From Octopus vulgaris (lineage: Eukaryota), in contig OX597820.1 in assembly GCA_951406725.2 (NCBI GenBank), positions 104,222,001 through 104,286,000 on the forward strand: a stretch of DNA of 64,000 nt, written 5' to 3'. A program made the translations under genes and the position numbers. The notes under the pieces were generated by a model. It did no database searches and was not told the origin of the DNA. It worked only from the letters and a program-made list of their open reading frames with translations. Shown here piece after piece: positions 1 to 12,628 of the stretch (positions are counted from its first letter, which is position 1; the number at the start of each line of letters is the position of its first letter).

Positions 1-1
1 C

Positions 2-44
<43 letters not shown>

Positions 45-63
45 CGTGCGTGCGTGTGCATGC

Positions 64-116
<53 letters not shown>

Positions 117-146
117 TAGATAGATATACATATATATATTCTTTTG

Positions 147-380
147 TGCGGTCATGCTGGAGCACTGCCTTCAGTCGGGCAAATCGACCCCAGGATTTAT
201 TCTTTGTAGACATAGTACTTATTCTATCGGTCCCTTTTGCTGAACCGCTAAGTTACGGGGACGTAAAGGCACCAGCATCGGTCGACCCAAGGCTATAGTA
301 AAGGTGCCACGCAGTGGGACTGAACCCAGAACCATGTGGTTCGTAAGCAAGCTTCTTACCACATAGCCACTCTTGCGCCT
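147..380 (-). mobile_element. tRNA-derived SINE (family A), internally deleted copy
   Basis: Reverse complement of head and tail of the copy at 9276-9682; the central part including the microsatellite is missing. Confidence 0.85.
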
Positions 381-666
381 ATATTGAGAAAAAGGAGGCA
401 GTCAGAATTTTGGATAATGCTTTATTAGCGCTTTCGTTCCTTTTTCGAACGCGTCAAGACAAAATCAAAATCAAAATAGTAAAAATAGAACGTTTCGCTA
501 TTCATTCATATGAATCGGATGTTCTTTTTTTAAAATTTGTTTAGAAGAGAAGAATATTGTTTTTGCTGTTTTGGAAGAAGGAGGCGGGAGAGAGAATGCA
601 AACAAAGAGGGAAGAAATAGAGAGAGAGAGATAGAAAAATAATAATATTAAAGGATTGGAAAAGGA

Positions 667-710
<44 letters not shown>

Positions 711-1428
711 TAGATAGATAGACAGAGAGAGAGAGAGGGAGAGATGTGGTTAATTCATTGAAATTTCATTACAAAGCATTTTTCTTTCTTTCTCCTTTGT
801 TTCTTTTTTTCTTTCTATTGTATAACTATCAACATATTTGTAAATAAACACATTTTCTAACGGTGACTTTTCAAAGATGTAAGTTTTAGAAAGTAGGAAG
901 GAACAAATAAGACAAAGGGGGTGGGTGCAGTCATCACAGAAAAATAAAAAAGAGTTCAAAGTTCAAACTCCTATGAAAATGTATAATCCTTTACACTGTA
1001 CAGCCAAGTCCCATTTACTCTTTTACTTGTTTCAGTCATTTGACTGCGGCCATGCTGGAGCACCTCATATGCTATGAGATTCAATAAATATCAAATATTC
1101 ACAAATTAGGAAAATAAAGTCAAAATATAAAAAAAATAATTTGGTATTGTTTATAATTCAACCTATTCTCAGTCTACATTTAATCAAACCTCATAAATGA
1201 GTTTTGTATATTTATATTTAACTGGAAGCCATTCTGTAGGATACAAATTATATAATAAAGCAGGGCCAGCTTAAATATATTTTTAATATCTTTCATCCTT
1301 TTGTAGGGTTTATTTTTCTTTTTCTTGCTTGCATGGAGAATTCAAGAGATCTTTTTCACAAATTACTTTACCAAGTAGCTACATTAGATATCTTTCTTAA
1401 TCAGTGATAAACACAATAATACAATTCC

Positions 1429-1722
1429 TTGGAGATGGGGAAGAAAATACCACAATCGCGCACCAGACCCGATGCAACAGAAAACTTCAAAGAGCACACT
1501 GACTATATAGATCCGAAGATCACAAATTTGTCAAATAGAAACCTCGACAAGAATGAGATGAATCTGCTATTGAAAGGTTTCAAATTTACCCCGACACCCA
1601 CTCCTAATTTCATTGAACTAAAAGCTGATATTGAGCGTTTTAACTGTCACCTCCGGCTTATAGAATTCTTTGATAATAAGGATATAAATGACGAGTCAAT
1701 CGTCAGAAATAAATCTCACTGA
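1429..1722 (+). pseudogene. Penelope-like element RT N-terminal fragment
   Basis: ITNLSNRNLDKNEMNLLLKGFKFTPTP...DIERFNCHLRLIEFF matches the NLS...LL.KGL.F.PTP...F.R.LRL..FF block at the start of PLE ORFs; truncated. Confidence 0.7.
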
Positions 1723-4700
1723 ATATTTTTTTATTACAAACAGACTTATAATTTTTAATTAAATTTATTTTACCATTAATTAATTTACTCTGGGTATACA
1801 TGTTTTCTTCCTTCTAACTAAAGTTAATTTTGATTTAAGGTTCTCTTCGATTTTACATAATATGATTTTTAAATTATAATATTTTAATTTTATGTATATC
1901 ACTGGTTTTTAAAAAGACCGTTAGTTGAAGGGGGCCGATGAAACGAAGCCAATTTTCAAATGTGTATCTGTCAATGTAAATTGTATATTTATAAATATAA
2001 CATTAATTTTCAGGTCGTGATACTAAAATTTTCCCTATCCCTGTCCTAATTCAACTAGAAACTCAGGGACGCAGATTTGAACGTACACCAACGACATAAA
2101 GTATCGTAAAGAAAGCCACTTAATATTTCGACGGAATGCTACATTATAGCCTATACATAACTGAAAAGTTTCAGATATTAAAAGAACCAGCGATAAAAAC
2201 TCAAACAGATCCAGAAATGTGAAAAATCAATACGGTATAAAATGTAATAACAATACAAATACGACATTATTATAAAAGATCATTGTATGAAATAAATCTA
2301 TGTTAGAAAATTTTAATTGGGTTTAATATTTTTGGAAATACTTTAAAGAACAAGAAAAATACAAAAAGGATGCATCTATTTTGTTAGCGTGTCTATTACT
2401 TGTGCATGTAAATGTATAGAAAATTGGAGCCGCAGAATGTTTATCATAAATTATTTATGTAAGGATGGGTCGACAGGAGTGCGAGGAAGAATCGGGTCAT
2501 ATACAATGAGTATTTATATCGTAAAAACTACTGAAACTCATTGAACTCAACCCAGTTGCTAATTGTTGCACGCCCCTCTTTTTTTATCAGGATAGCTTCT
2601 TTTATCCGCAGGTTACCGATTCTATGGTTCGGGTCATAAGTAAGCCAACTTTTAATTTGACCCTTTCTCGCGGTTAGTCTTGCAGATAGCACCGGTTGTA
2701 TTGTCGCTGAGGTGTGGTAGTTTCAGGAAGTAGGCGTTGGAAATTTTCTGATTTGGGGATTTGACACATACACATACACACACACACGAACATTTGTATA
2801 TAGTATACCAGGAATTTTTGTCAGGTGATTCAAAATAATAGGTAAACTCTCTAAGCGCACAGTTTCCGCACTAAAATTCCGGTTTGAACTGCTTGACTGC
2901 CTTTCTGAAGCGGCTAGGAGTGGCTTCTCCTTTAGTTGTAGGTATAGATTAAAATAGAAATGTAAAGAGCAAACGTTTGGAGACTTGACATGGACATTTA
3001 ATTTAGATATATAATAAAAAGGTATACATAGTCTCTATCAGCTGTTTCTAGAATATCCGAGCTTTTGGAACATCGTCCCGAACGAAGTTTCCATACGTCG
3101 AGTATTCCATCATCAGAGATGGCGAGGTTAAACAGATGTAATAGTGAAGGATTACTCATCATTAATATTATTGTAGTTCATTTTGTCAAGAAAGCGAGGA
3201 GAAATATAATCAAAAATCCAATTAAAATAGGTATTCGTCAGGTATAACAAATGAAGAAAACCAGTAATGTCTATTACTAGAATTAAAAAAAAAAAAGAGA
3301 GAGAGAGAGAGAGAGAATGGTTTGATTATAATCCATGGCAGGTGGGAAAGTTGTCACCAGTTCCAATGCTGGATAGTCTCTAATTGACTAGCCCCTTCTC
3401 CCAAAATTACTGGCCTTAAGCCAAAATTTGAAACCATACATAATACATGTATGTGTGTATCAGTGGCGACTGATACACACATACACCTGGTAGGTGTAAA
3501 AGACTAACTGGCATCTCTTGTCAAGAGTACAGGTGACAGTCAGATCGCGGATGTTTGTTGTACACTCTGCTATCGTTATAAATCTGCAATATATAAATAG
3601 CAAATGCTCAATAAATTATTTGCTTCTCCTCAACCCCAAGAATAACCAAAGCACCTCTGATAAAAATTACAACCTAACAGCCTGCCAGAACATCTTGTAC
3701 AAATTATACCCTAGGTACCTCTATCTGTTGTTGCAGTATCATTGTACCACCAACAGCATTATAACACTTGATCAAGCTGAAGGAAAGGAGGTGTAAGATT
3801 GCATACAGCAGCTACTAATTAACAAAATGATCCAGAAAAAAAAACAGTAAAAAATTGAAGGAACTAAACCATAATGTAATTGGACTTGAAGGCATTTGAT
3901 AATATCCTACATGGTTGAATTATGAAGGTATTACAGCATAACTTCCCAAAGTGGGTGATATCTTTACGATACTTTAGTGTCGTTTGTGTACTTTCAAATC
4001 TGTACAGGTGGGTGATAGGCGAATTTCTAGAAAATGGTGAGCGCTTTGAGATTTTGGCAGGCAACATGAACATTTTGTGGGAGACAATGAATTTTTAGAA
4101 ATTAAGTTAGCATTTACTGATATCTAGGCATGCCTAGAATAAGGATGCACTTTTATCGATTTGACTACTCGCATAAACACGGACTTGTTTATCAATCGAA
4201 TACTTTTGTCGCAGTCATTGAGATGGTTGTCATACACGCTAAAAATAGCAGCCAAATAGGCCTAGGCCTTAAATCACACTCCATAATCATATGAAGTCCT
4301 GCGTATAGAATTCAAATTTGCTAAAATTTCCTGAACACTCCGAAAAGTTAAAAAGTTATGAGGGGTTATATGTCGTGCTTAATTCTACAGTTTCATATCA
4401 AAACACAAGTACTATTTTCAGGATGTTGACAAAATGTGCAGTTACACACAAATCATGTTTCTTGAATTGGTGAAAATGATCAAATGACTATACTAACCTC
4501 TATAACTTTGAAAACATTTTACTGGAAAAAGTTGAATGACTTCAGCAATTTAGCTTGGAAAGGTACATTAATGTTCCAAATTTTTAAATTTTAGATAAAC
4601 TAATTTTTGAAATGCTGGCAGCTAAACGAACTAGATCCGTATTTGCTCCAGTAAAGACATGTCATCTGACTCTGCTCTATTGACTTCTTCTTCTCTTTGG

Positions 4701-4779
4701 GAATATCATACTGCCTTTCTGATGCTGTCCAAAGAAATTCGTTTTCACATTTTCACTTTACTGACGCCTCCAGTCAAGA

Positions 4780-6050
4780 AAATTTGTTGACCATGCAGTA
4801 GTGATTATTTATCATTTGGATGTATTCCCTCTCTTCTCAGAGCTGTCAGTTACCAATTTGCCATCAAACATTGACCAACGAAGCAATGAAACCTTCACGC
4901 TTCAAGTCTCACTTTGAAGCAAAGCATTCTGACATGGCGCACAAGCCGTTGTCATACTTTTGGCAACTGAGCTCCCCTTTCAAAAAGCAAATACAAACAT
5001 TCAACACGCTACTCCAGGAAACTAGTAAACAGGAGAATGACGGGTTGATTGCATTGTACAACATTGCATTGCTTGTTGCTAAGTCTGTGAAGTTTCGCGC
5101 AATTGGAGAAACATTACTTCACCCAGTTATCAAAGGGGTTTTGTCATTCGTTATGCATGAAAAACCCTGATAACATTATGAAGAAGATACCACATAGTAA
5201 TAACACGATTTCTTAACGCATCGATGAAATGGCCAACGATGTCTAACATCAGCTCATTAATATTCTCTCGCGTTATTTTCTATACAAGTGGATGAGTCAA
5301 CTGTTGTGGAAATCAATGATTGATGATAGTATATGTTCGGTATTTCAGCGAAGACCTTAAAACCTTGTGAGGAAATGCTGTTCACAGAGAAATTGCCGTC
5401 TGATTCAAGAGATGCAACTATTTTTCACACTCTCAAGTGTTTCCTTTTTGAACATAATATCCCACTCAATAATATCCTTGCCTGTGCGTCTGATGGAGCC
5501 CCTTCGGTGATAGGAAGATAAAGAGATTTTTCATCTCTCCTAAATCGTGAAATTTCCCACCAGATACTAACTGTTCATTGCTTGGCACACCAGCAACATT
5601 TAGTGACAAAAAATATGAACGGTAGGTTAAATGATGCGCTGAAGTCCAGTCACTTGTCTGATCAAATTTTCCGTCAACTCTGTCTAAGAAATGATGAGGA
5701 CCATACTAAACTCTTATACCATACTGAAGTGCGGTGGCAGTCAAAAGGAAACTGTTTTTTTTACACTTTGTTGAACTGTTTCGTATAATCATATCTTTCT
5801 TTGAAGATACTCCACTATCCGCTTCATTGATGGCTGCAAGATGCGATATCTTTTTTTTCTTTGTGATATATTCACAAAATTAAATTATTTGAATAAGTTA
5901 TTGCAAAGAAACAGAAAAACTCTCATTGATTGTAAATCATTTATCACTACCTCCACTCCAAAATTTGTGTTGTATAAGATTAACATTTCAAAATGTCGAT
6001 TCCATCAATTTCCAGTGTTACAGAAAACTTCAACATCAATGGAGATGTAG
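4780..6050 (+). pseudogene. Decayed hAT (Buster/Charlie, ZBED8/SCAND3-like) transposase
   Basis: Collinear broken motifs: C..L.NEAMKPSRFKSHFEAKH, IGETLLHPVIK, SNNTIS*RIDEMAND, FSIQVDEST, ACASDGAP, LLYHTEVRWQSKG, LCDIFTKLNYLN. Many stops and frameshifts. Confidence 0.92.
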
Positions 6051-6064
6051 GCAGGCTATACTTC

Positions 6065-6802
6065 TGTAGCGAATCTTGCATGCATCAAGTGGATTCGATC
6101 CACCATAGCCAAATTTAAATCAACACTGCTACAGAACTTTTCCCACAGTGGAACAATGGTTTTTCTCTGACAGCAGTTTTACATTTTCCAGATGCCTCTT
6201 TAGCTAGGCCGAAATTAATGTCTTCACCAATTGACTCTTTCTAACCTCTTCTACTTCACCAAAAGCTAGAATAGATAACAAGACCACCAACTAAATCTAT
6301 TGTTCTCAATGATTTATCTATCCTTCTGGATCTTAATATAAGCAAGCATATCCCAAGCAAAAATCAGTTCGTCACAGTCGTAGCAACTCAACGAGGTCCG
6401 GCTGACCAGCCTTGGTCAGAGGGAGAAATGAAGTTTACTGTCAGCAACTTGAGACAACACCTAACAATTATCTCTAGCTCTAAATCTGTTCTCTTACAGC
6501 ATCATTCTATCGCTATCTGTGAATTACTACTATCTATTCGTATATGTAAAACTAAGTAAAGAAACATTCTACTGCAGCAAACTTAACTTTCGCATGCTTT
6601 TGGATTTATTATAACCTGCCCGTCGAGGCAAGGTATTGTAACGTAACGGTAAATAAACATTTCCTTAAAACTTCATGCATTATTCATCTTTCACATCCTA
6701 CAGTATACAATCATAGCAACAATTCCATATCGTTCATTCATTTTTTATCTTTCACACCTTACAACATGCAATCATAATAACAAATATATTTCTTCCGTTC
6801 CA
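6065..6802 (+). mobile_element. LTR, probably solo, same family as 58896-59671
   Basis: Aligns over about 700 bp with the 58896 copy; starts TGTAGCG, ends TTCCGTTCCA; AATAAA at about 6652. No PBS follows and no clean TSD. Confidence 0.7.
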
Positions 6803-6814
6803 ACTAATAAATTA

Positions 6815-7810
6815 AAAACGTTACACTTCCTGTACAAGGATGGTGGTTATGATCTCAAATCTATTGATGGCACATGAAGCACGTATTGTAACAATAAAAC
6901 ATCTGCAGCAGAGAAAAGACCAGTAACTATCATTGCCCAGGTTTGTGTACGTGAAATCAATAACATAATTAAGGTAGCTACTGAAAGGTATGAAATAAGA
7001 GTTTATACAGATCTCTCTCGAAGGAACATTGGTAAAATCTATTTATCAGAAGAACCAAATGAAAAAAAAATTGGACTGTTCCGAGAAGATAGTACATGGG
7101 TACTTGGCACTAAAAACACAAACCATAGAAGAGATTGATCATGTCAAATGCTTGGCATGATGTACCAACAAGATTATGGCATCCCACTTTGAAGGCTGCC
7201 TCTATGCAATTCAAGAACAAGAGATCCCCACCAAATACCTACAGTAAAAGTGGCAGAAACCAAACCTAAAGGCATTGACCACATTATTGCCAAATGTGAG
7301 AAAATGTCTTCTAGATATTATCTTCCCATGAGGTGTGATGTAGTGACCAGAATTGTCTGGAACGGGATAACAAAAAAGAAAACACCTATAGACGAAATTG
7401 ACTATATTGAGACCAATGGGTCAAAGGAATATTGATGGAACTTGAAAATTAAAACACCCACCAAATTAAAACATGGCTGACCAGATATTGTTCTGTGAGA
7501 CAACAGGGAACAGATATGTTACGTTGTGGAAATCAACTACCCTCTGGACAACAATGTAGTTAGAAAATACAAGAGAAAGGGGACATCTATGGACCATAGA
7601 CAAAGAATTTGTAAATCCAGAACCCAAGATACATTTTCAGCCTCATACCTATTATTATGGGAGCAACCATAATAACATACCAATCCGTCTGGAGCAAAGT
7701 ATGGCCGTTCTTGGGTTCTTGGGGGAAGAACGCAAATCCTTAATTCATACACTACAAATGATTGCAATATCTGGGACTATAGAAATCCGCAAGACCTTCA
7801 GATTTAAAGA
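6815..7810 (+). pseudogene. Decayed 3' part of an RLE-type non-LTR retrotransposon (R4/Dong-like)
   Basis: EGCLYAIQEQEIPTKY, IDHIIAKC...YYLPMRCDVV (CCHC/RHD remnant), PDIVL, YVVEINYP restriction-like endonuclease motifs in shifting frames. Confidence 0.8.
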
Positions 7811-8065
7811 ATGATGAACGAAACAACACGCTATCCTTCATGGCCTTGCTACCAAGTATGTGGCCAGTAAAAATTTACTCTTAAATAGAAAGAGAATACA
7901 TATTAAATGAATCGTGAAAAAAAGAAAAAGATAAGCCATTTTCAGTTAATTGAAGGAAAAAACGGTGACGTGAGAGAAGAACGGACTGCTGCGCTGAGTG
8001 GTAAAGAGAGTTTTACGGAAATTGCCAAATCAGGGGATAAAACATGATTTTCATTTTGAGTCATG

Positions 8066-8327
8066 CTTTCGATATAACTCGACAAATTCAAAACATTTCA
8101 TTCCGGGTATTTCCGTGGAAGCATATAACAGTTCAATTGTGTTTTCTGCTTGGAAATTCATACACACGTGAAACAGGTAAGAACAAATATTCAAGACGTG
8201 TTTTTTTTTGTTTTTTTTTCAAGTTTAAAATAAGATACTGCTGGCATAATTTCGTTATATCTATAATCCACAACCCACGGAAATACCCGAAGTGAAATGT
8301 TTTGATTTTGTCGAGTTATATCGAAAG
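8066..8327. repeat. Inverted repeat with ~53-bp arms (MITE-like)
   Basis: ctttcgatataactcgacaaattcaaaacatttca...tatttccgtgg versus ccacggaaatac...tgaaatgttttgattttgtcgagttatatcgaaag. Confidence 0.8.
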
Positions 8328-8508
8328 AATGTCCATTTTGACATATGGGAGAACTTATCCGAAAAAAAAACGTCACACAGACGTTCATATGTCACACACA
8401 CACGCGCGCGCGCACACACACACACATACATACACACACACACTCTAATGTCTTATCAAAAAAGCATCATCAAGTACAAAAACAAGAGGACATGTAAGAA
8501 GAAGAATA

Positions 8509-8927
8509 GGATCTTTTCGGTTTGAACGGCAGTTTTTCTAGCGGTGCCATATGAAATTGTCACCCATAATTATGACCCTAGTATCGATCTATTGCATTTC
8601 AATCTGCTTTAGGGTTAGGGTTAGGGGTGGTGGGAAGGGTATCTTTTTTTTCTACAGAAATGTAAATAAACCCAATCTGTTTCTTAAACGAGGGACATAT
8701 TCATACGGCACAGAATGTTTTTTTACCTCAATGGGCGTCATTGATTGGTTGAAATTGCAGAAATTGAAGAAAAATAACAACAAATATCTTACAAACCATA
8801 GAATTTTCTCAATAAAGCCAAGAGAAAAATATGTTTTATAAACGCATTTTACCAGTATACGAAGTTGAACATGTTTTAGTTACCTAGAAATTATTTTAAA
8901 AACTGCTGTTCAAACCGAAAAGATCCA
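8509..8927. mobile_element. MITE with GGATCTTT termini and internal (TTAGGG)3
   Basis: TIRs ggatcttttcggtttgaacggcagttttt / aaaaactgctgttcaaaccgaaaagatcc; ttagggttagggttaggg at about 8609. Confidence 0.85.
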
Positions 8928-9275
8928 ACTTTTCCGAAAAAAAAAAACGTCACATATACGTTCATATGTCACACACACACACACACATTAATGTCTTATC
9001 AAAAAAACATACTCAAGTACAAAAACAAGAGGACATGTAAGAAGTATAATAATTATTAAAGCTTTCCACTTGTTGATATGACAAAAAAGGATGGCAGTTT
9101 CACAGCTCTCCTCTCCTGAATTGCTCACCTTTCGGCATGTTTTGTTTGCATAGCATTCCTTTCGTTAAATGCTATTTTGTCTCTCTGTCATTAATCTCAT
9201 TGTAGGCCTATGTTATTTCACGGTAAAAAGCGGATGTAAAAATGATGGTGGTGGTAGTCATGGAGTTACTTCTGT

Positions 9276-9444
9276 AGGAGTGGCTGTGTGGTAAGTAGCT
9301 TGCTAACAAACCACATGGTTCTGGGTTCAGTCGCACTGCGTGACACCTTGGGCAAGTGTCTCCTTCTATAGCCTCGGGCCGACCAAAGCCTTGTGAGTGG
9401 ATTTGGTAGACGGAAACTGAAAGAAGCCCATCGTATATATGATG

Positions 9445-9496
<52 letters not shown>

Positions 9497-9682
9497 TCCC
9501 TCCTAACATCGCTTGACAACCGATACTGGTGCGTTTACGTCCCCGTAACTTAGCGCTTCAGCAAAAGAGACCGATAGAATAAGTACTAGGCTTACAAAGA
9601 ATATGTCCTGAGGTCGATTTGGTCGACTAAAGACGGTGCCCCAGCATGGCCACAGTCAAATGGGTGAAACAAGTAAAAGAGT
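9276..9682 (+). mobile_element. Full-length tRNA-derived SINE (family A) with internal (TA)/(TG) microsatellite
   Basis: A-box-like tggctgtgtggtaag, B-box-like ggttcagtc, CORE-like ccttgggcaagtg, tail ending gaaacaagtaaaagag. Many further copies in the window. Confidence 0.9.
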
Positions 9683-9795
9683 ATATATGTGTGTGTGTGT
9701 ATTAAAACCCATGGTCAGGTTTGCTTGGAAACGTACTACGGATTCACTTTCTCCATTCTCTACACTTATCGATACACACACACACATACATACAT

Positions 9796-9913
<118 letters not shown>

Positions 9914-10041
9914 TGTTATTCTCCTTGTCCTGTCTTTTACTGTTTATATTTTGTACTGTCGTTACTGTCCTGTTTTTGTTACCATTTTTACCCTCCGCAA
10001 AAAAATCTCAAATTTTATTTAATTTGATTTTCGCGGAAAGG

Positions 10042-10114
10042 ATTGTTTCATTAAAGTCATGTATCGCCTTGACCTTCGAAACGTGGAGTAGATGAAACAA
10101 TGGGGAAGAAGGGG
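10042..10114 (+). ncRNA. Permuted hammerhead-like motif, divergent and damaged copy
   Basis: attgtttcat/atgaaacaat extra helix, catg-TA, ccttc-GAAA-cgtg, and GAAGA-a-gggg (the CU of the core is deleted). Confidence 0.5.
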
Positions 10115-10340
10115 AATTTTCCTTGTGTTATTTGTCCTGTACTCTATTTTTTCGTTGTTTAAGAAAAATGTCCAGTTCCTTGGTTTTGTGTTTGTTTTCG
10201 TTTCTCATTGTGTTCGACGTTTTTTGGTGTCCTGTACCCATATATGCATGTATATATACATGTAGAGGTAGGTACGTACATATTTGTATGTATATATGCA
10301 TATGTTTTATTTATTTATTAATTTATATATATATAGCGAG

Positions 10341-10382
<42 letters not shown>

Positions 10383-11779
10383 GCCAGTTCATAATGTTAC
10401 ACAGGGTTTCGCGGCCTCAACTAACATTCTCTAAATAGCTCTATAACTTTGAGCGTACTTCTCTTTCTGATTTATGACAATGGGTATATATAGATTTACT
10501 GACAATATATATGTGTGTGTGTACATATGTGTGTGTGTGTGAGTGTGTGATTTTTATATTTGTCTTCGTCCCCACCCCCAACTGCCAGACAACCGGTGCC
10601 ATTTGTTTATGATTCCGTAATTTGACGGTTCCTCTAAAGAGGTCGATAGAATAAATACCTAAAAAATAAGTACTTGGCCGATTCGTTGGACTAAAAACTC
10701 ATTGAGCCGGTGTCCCTGTATGGCCGCAGTTTAATGACTGAAACAAGTAAAAGATTTTAAAATATATTGCTCTCCCTTAGTCTTAGCTAATCTTAACTAT
10801 TACTAACTTTTCCTAACACCTTACCTTCGTATCCCTCTATCACCCTCTTCTCTTATCATTCTACCTGTATAACAAAGGATAGCATTGTAATGGATCTTCC
10901 CACGTTCAGTGTTCCCTGTCACTGTCGTCTTGTTTATTGCCCGCCGCCACTTCCTCTTATTTTACTCACACTTTTTTTTACTTCTATTACAGTCTGTTGT
11001 TTACCTTCACCGTTGCTATCCATCATTCTGTCATATTTCTCCCTCTCTCATTTCCACTAATTCCTTTCACTGTCACTCTCTCATCTTCGTCATTGCTATC
11101 TATCAATCTCGTATTACTCTCCTCTTTATAATTCATTGTTGACACCCTTCACACAGCCGCCCGGACTCAAACATACATACACTCCCCCTTTCTATACCTG
11201 TAACTTACCTATCATTCTCTCTTCCATGGTATTCAGTCTCATTACCAGCAATCGCTCTCTCTCTCTTCTATCTCCTTCTCTCCATCTTTCATTTCCTTTA
11301 CGTTCTTCTTGTTCACACCTGACGCTCCTGTAGCATAGCTGATATCCTCACTGAGAGATATATTAGAAATGATCTCGTGTTAGATAACAACCATCTTCGT
11401 CTATTTTAACCCTGTTGTGTCCACTGCTCTGATTGGTAGGTATTGGCACTGCTGGAACAGGAACATGGGTGGCTGGTCTGGTCGTCTGTCACTGGAGCTG
11501 GAACATGGTTGGGTCGCTCTGTGGTCAGAGGTTAGCCCTGAGAAGGACTAGAACCAAAGACGAGATATCGTGAATGCTGGGGCCTTTTTATAACAGAAGG
11601 TGGGCTCCAGTGAGAACCCAAAAAGACTGTGTCATAGGACCTTATCCGAAGGCCGTGATTGGTTGGCTTACACACTGGCGCAAAATAAGTCAAGAGACAA
11701 ACTGTGCCAATGCCAACCAATCAGAGCAGTGGACACAACAGGGTCAAAATAGATGGTTGTTATCAAACACGAGATCATG

Positions 11780-12151
11780 TCTATATATATAAACGGCAAA
11801 ATGTCTGTCTGTGTGTGTGTGTATCCTTTATACAAATCCACAATTTTTCAGTTAGAGGGCTCGCACTTTTTATAGTCATTCAAAACTGTCCAAGGGTGGT
11901 CGTGCACATCTTTACATTTCCCCAGTCACCCTGCAAAGCCATTAAAAAAATCAATAGAAGTGACTTTTTTTGTGAATTTTCTATCCAAAACCCAATCAAA
12001 ATGCCCGACACTTGATACGCCAATTGAATACCAGCTAGCTGTATGTGATTGGTTGGAGATTTGGACAGTACTCGCGTGTATGTGTGCATGCATGCAGCTG
12101 TATATGCATGCACTAGCACTTTGACCTGGCATTGCCGGGTCATAGTGCTAG
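11780..12151 (+). mobile_element. Non-autonomous Helitron
   Basis: 5' TCTATATATATAAA, 3' hairpin gacctggcattgccgggtc and terminal CTAG|T; second copy at 38042-38403. Confidence 0.88.
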
Positions 12152-12424
12152 TTTCTAATATATCTCTCAAACAGTGAGGATATCAGCCACGCTACACTCC
12201 TCTTACAACATATCTCTTCCACTATTATCCCCTCTGACGCTGATTCTCTTTCATTACTTTCTCTCCCTTCTATCTGCTGATGATGTAGCAACCTTTTATG
12301 TTGTTAGACAAACTATCAACATAAGGTTGCAAGATACTATCTGAGCAGCGGTACTACAATAGAATGTACCCAGCATTAAGTAGTTAGTCAACGAAGGGAA
12401 ACACTTTAAGGTATTCTTTTTTAC

Positions 12425-12628
12425 TCTAGGCACACAGCTCGAAATTTTTGGGGAGGAGCCAGTTGATTAAATTGACTCCAATATGCAACTGGTACTTAAT
12501 TTATCGACCCCGAAAGGATGAAATGCAAAGTCGACTTCGGCGGAATTTGAACTCAGAACATAAAGACAGACAAAATACTGCTAAACATTTTGCCCGGCGT
12601 GCTAACGTTTCTGCCAGCTCGCTTGCCT
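12425..12628 (-). mobile_element. tRNA-derived SINE (family B)
   Basis: Minus strand reads aaggcaagcgagctggcagaaacgttagc...gagttcaaattcc...tttcatcctttcggggtcgataaa. Related copies at 13410-13630, 24100-24530, 26240-26410 and 35445-35816. Confidence 0.85.

Noticed and set aside
8609-8627. Telomere or chromosome-fusion relic
   Set aside because: Only three TTAGGG units, internal to a TIR element.
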